Assembly: GCF_001194135.2 (NCBI RefSeq)
Contig: NC_068983.1
Span: 110,355,908 to 110,419,907 of the forward strand
From: Octopus bimaculoides
Taxonomy: Eukaryota
Length of the DNA: 64,000 nt
Direction: 5' to 3'
Below the pieces are notes generated by a model. It ran no database searches. It was not told the origin of the DNA and saw only the letters and a list, made by a program, of their open reading frames with translations. Shown here in pieces: positions 62,856-64,000 of the stretch (the first letter of the stretch is position 1; the number at the start of each line of letters is the position of its first letter). The position numbers and the translations under genes are program-made.

Positions 62856-64000
62856 CCTTTTCAAAATATATTCAAATTACATGGCAAATACGAACGAACT
62901 AGAAAACATACACATTGGATGGATCTACCAGAAATAACAACTAAAACCGGTCACACGATACTGTACTTATTACATTAGAACAAGAAAGCACACGTTGGAT
63001 AATGCGATCGCCAGAAACGAAACACTTCTAATGACGGTTCTGCTAAAGGTGAATTGGAATTAAACAATATCCACAACAGTAACATACAGGTAACATATTA
63101 CGAGGGCGGTAAACGGTTGACTCAACAGACAGGGCCACTTTTTAAAATTAACAACGTAGGATCTGTTTTACTACATCGCATTTTTACCAAATGGTTTTAC
63201 CTACCTCAGATCAAGGTAATCATTTTGAGTTAAAATAGGTAGAGTGAAACTGTTAAAAGTACACGTCTGTTACTCGGTTATTAATTTGATAGTCGAAACT
63301 AACAAAGTACTCATCATTGTCCAAGTATATTCATTTAGAAAATGCTACTACTTTTTACACCACGGCATTTTAAAATAGTGGATAGAAATTACTTGTTGCT
63401 AACCTGTCAATACAGATTTTATTCTCCTTAAAGTTCATTATTTTATTTTCCGCTGTTTTTGTCTTTACAAATCTCTGCTTTATAGTTTTGATTACAATTT
63501 CAAACACGTACATGCTCATAGAGATATAAATATATGTGAGTGATGATGTGTGTACGTATTTGTGTATATATATCTATCTATCTATCTATCCAGCGTTTTG
63601 CCTGTCCGACTGTCTGTCTGTCTGTATATATATATATATATATATAATAATATTAGGGACAAAATCCAAAATTACAGGCAAAAAACTCAATTAAAATCAA
63701 TTTATAAAAAATTAAAATTAAATTGAGCCTTATAGATAAAGTATATATAAAATATATAGTTTTAGGGAAAATAACCAATTATCAAGAACTCATCGATGAA
63801 AATCCACTATCACATATAGAAAAATTAATAATTAAAAGCACAATAAATGAGTATAATATAAAGTAAAGTAAATATCATAAGATAAATATAATAAAAAGAT
63901 TACACGTGTTTCATAACCAATTTTCAAATAGAAAAGAAATTTAAATCGATTAAAATCAATTGAAATTATCGAAAATAAGTTCTATTCAAAAATATAGCTA

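Overview
AT-rich, repeat-dense eukaryotic genomic DNA from a gapped draft assembly. The microsatellite spectrum and tRNA-derived SINE families resemble coleoid cephalopod (Octopus-like) repeats; this is an inference. I found no intact protein-coding gene, rRNA, tRNA or CRISPR array, so the window looks intergenic or like one large intron. Most ORFs in the supplied track are artefacts of microsatellites or N-runs. Identifiable content is mobile DNA. DNA transposons: a full-length Chapaev3-type element with perfect 13-bp TIRs and TAA target duplications (21445-23805), a full-length cecropia-type mariner (31503-32770), a mariner fragment, a mariner MITE, and hAT-like and Sola-like transposase relics. 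LINEs: several R4/Dong-like restriction-endonuclease LINE pieces that sit against trinucleotide microsatellites, an RTE-like relic and two CR1/Jockey-like fragments. There are also many SINEs and Penelope-like element (PLE) remnants. The most striking feature not shown by the ORF track is seven minimal type I hammerhead-ribozyme (HHR) motifs, six listed separately and a degenerate one inside the 48060-48560 repeat, plus one possible half-motif. Four of the seven belong to one related family. That family includes an ~830-bp divergent palindrome of tandem ~342-bp HHR-bearing monomers at 37.2-38.0 kb, which resembles a non-LTR retrozyme. A sister copy abuts a GIY-YIG endonuclease remnant, so the family appears to derive from a PLE pseudo-LTR. 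All ribozyme calls are by-eye matches to the consensus fold, and most copies carry core mutations.
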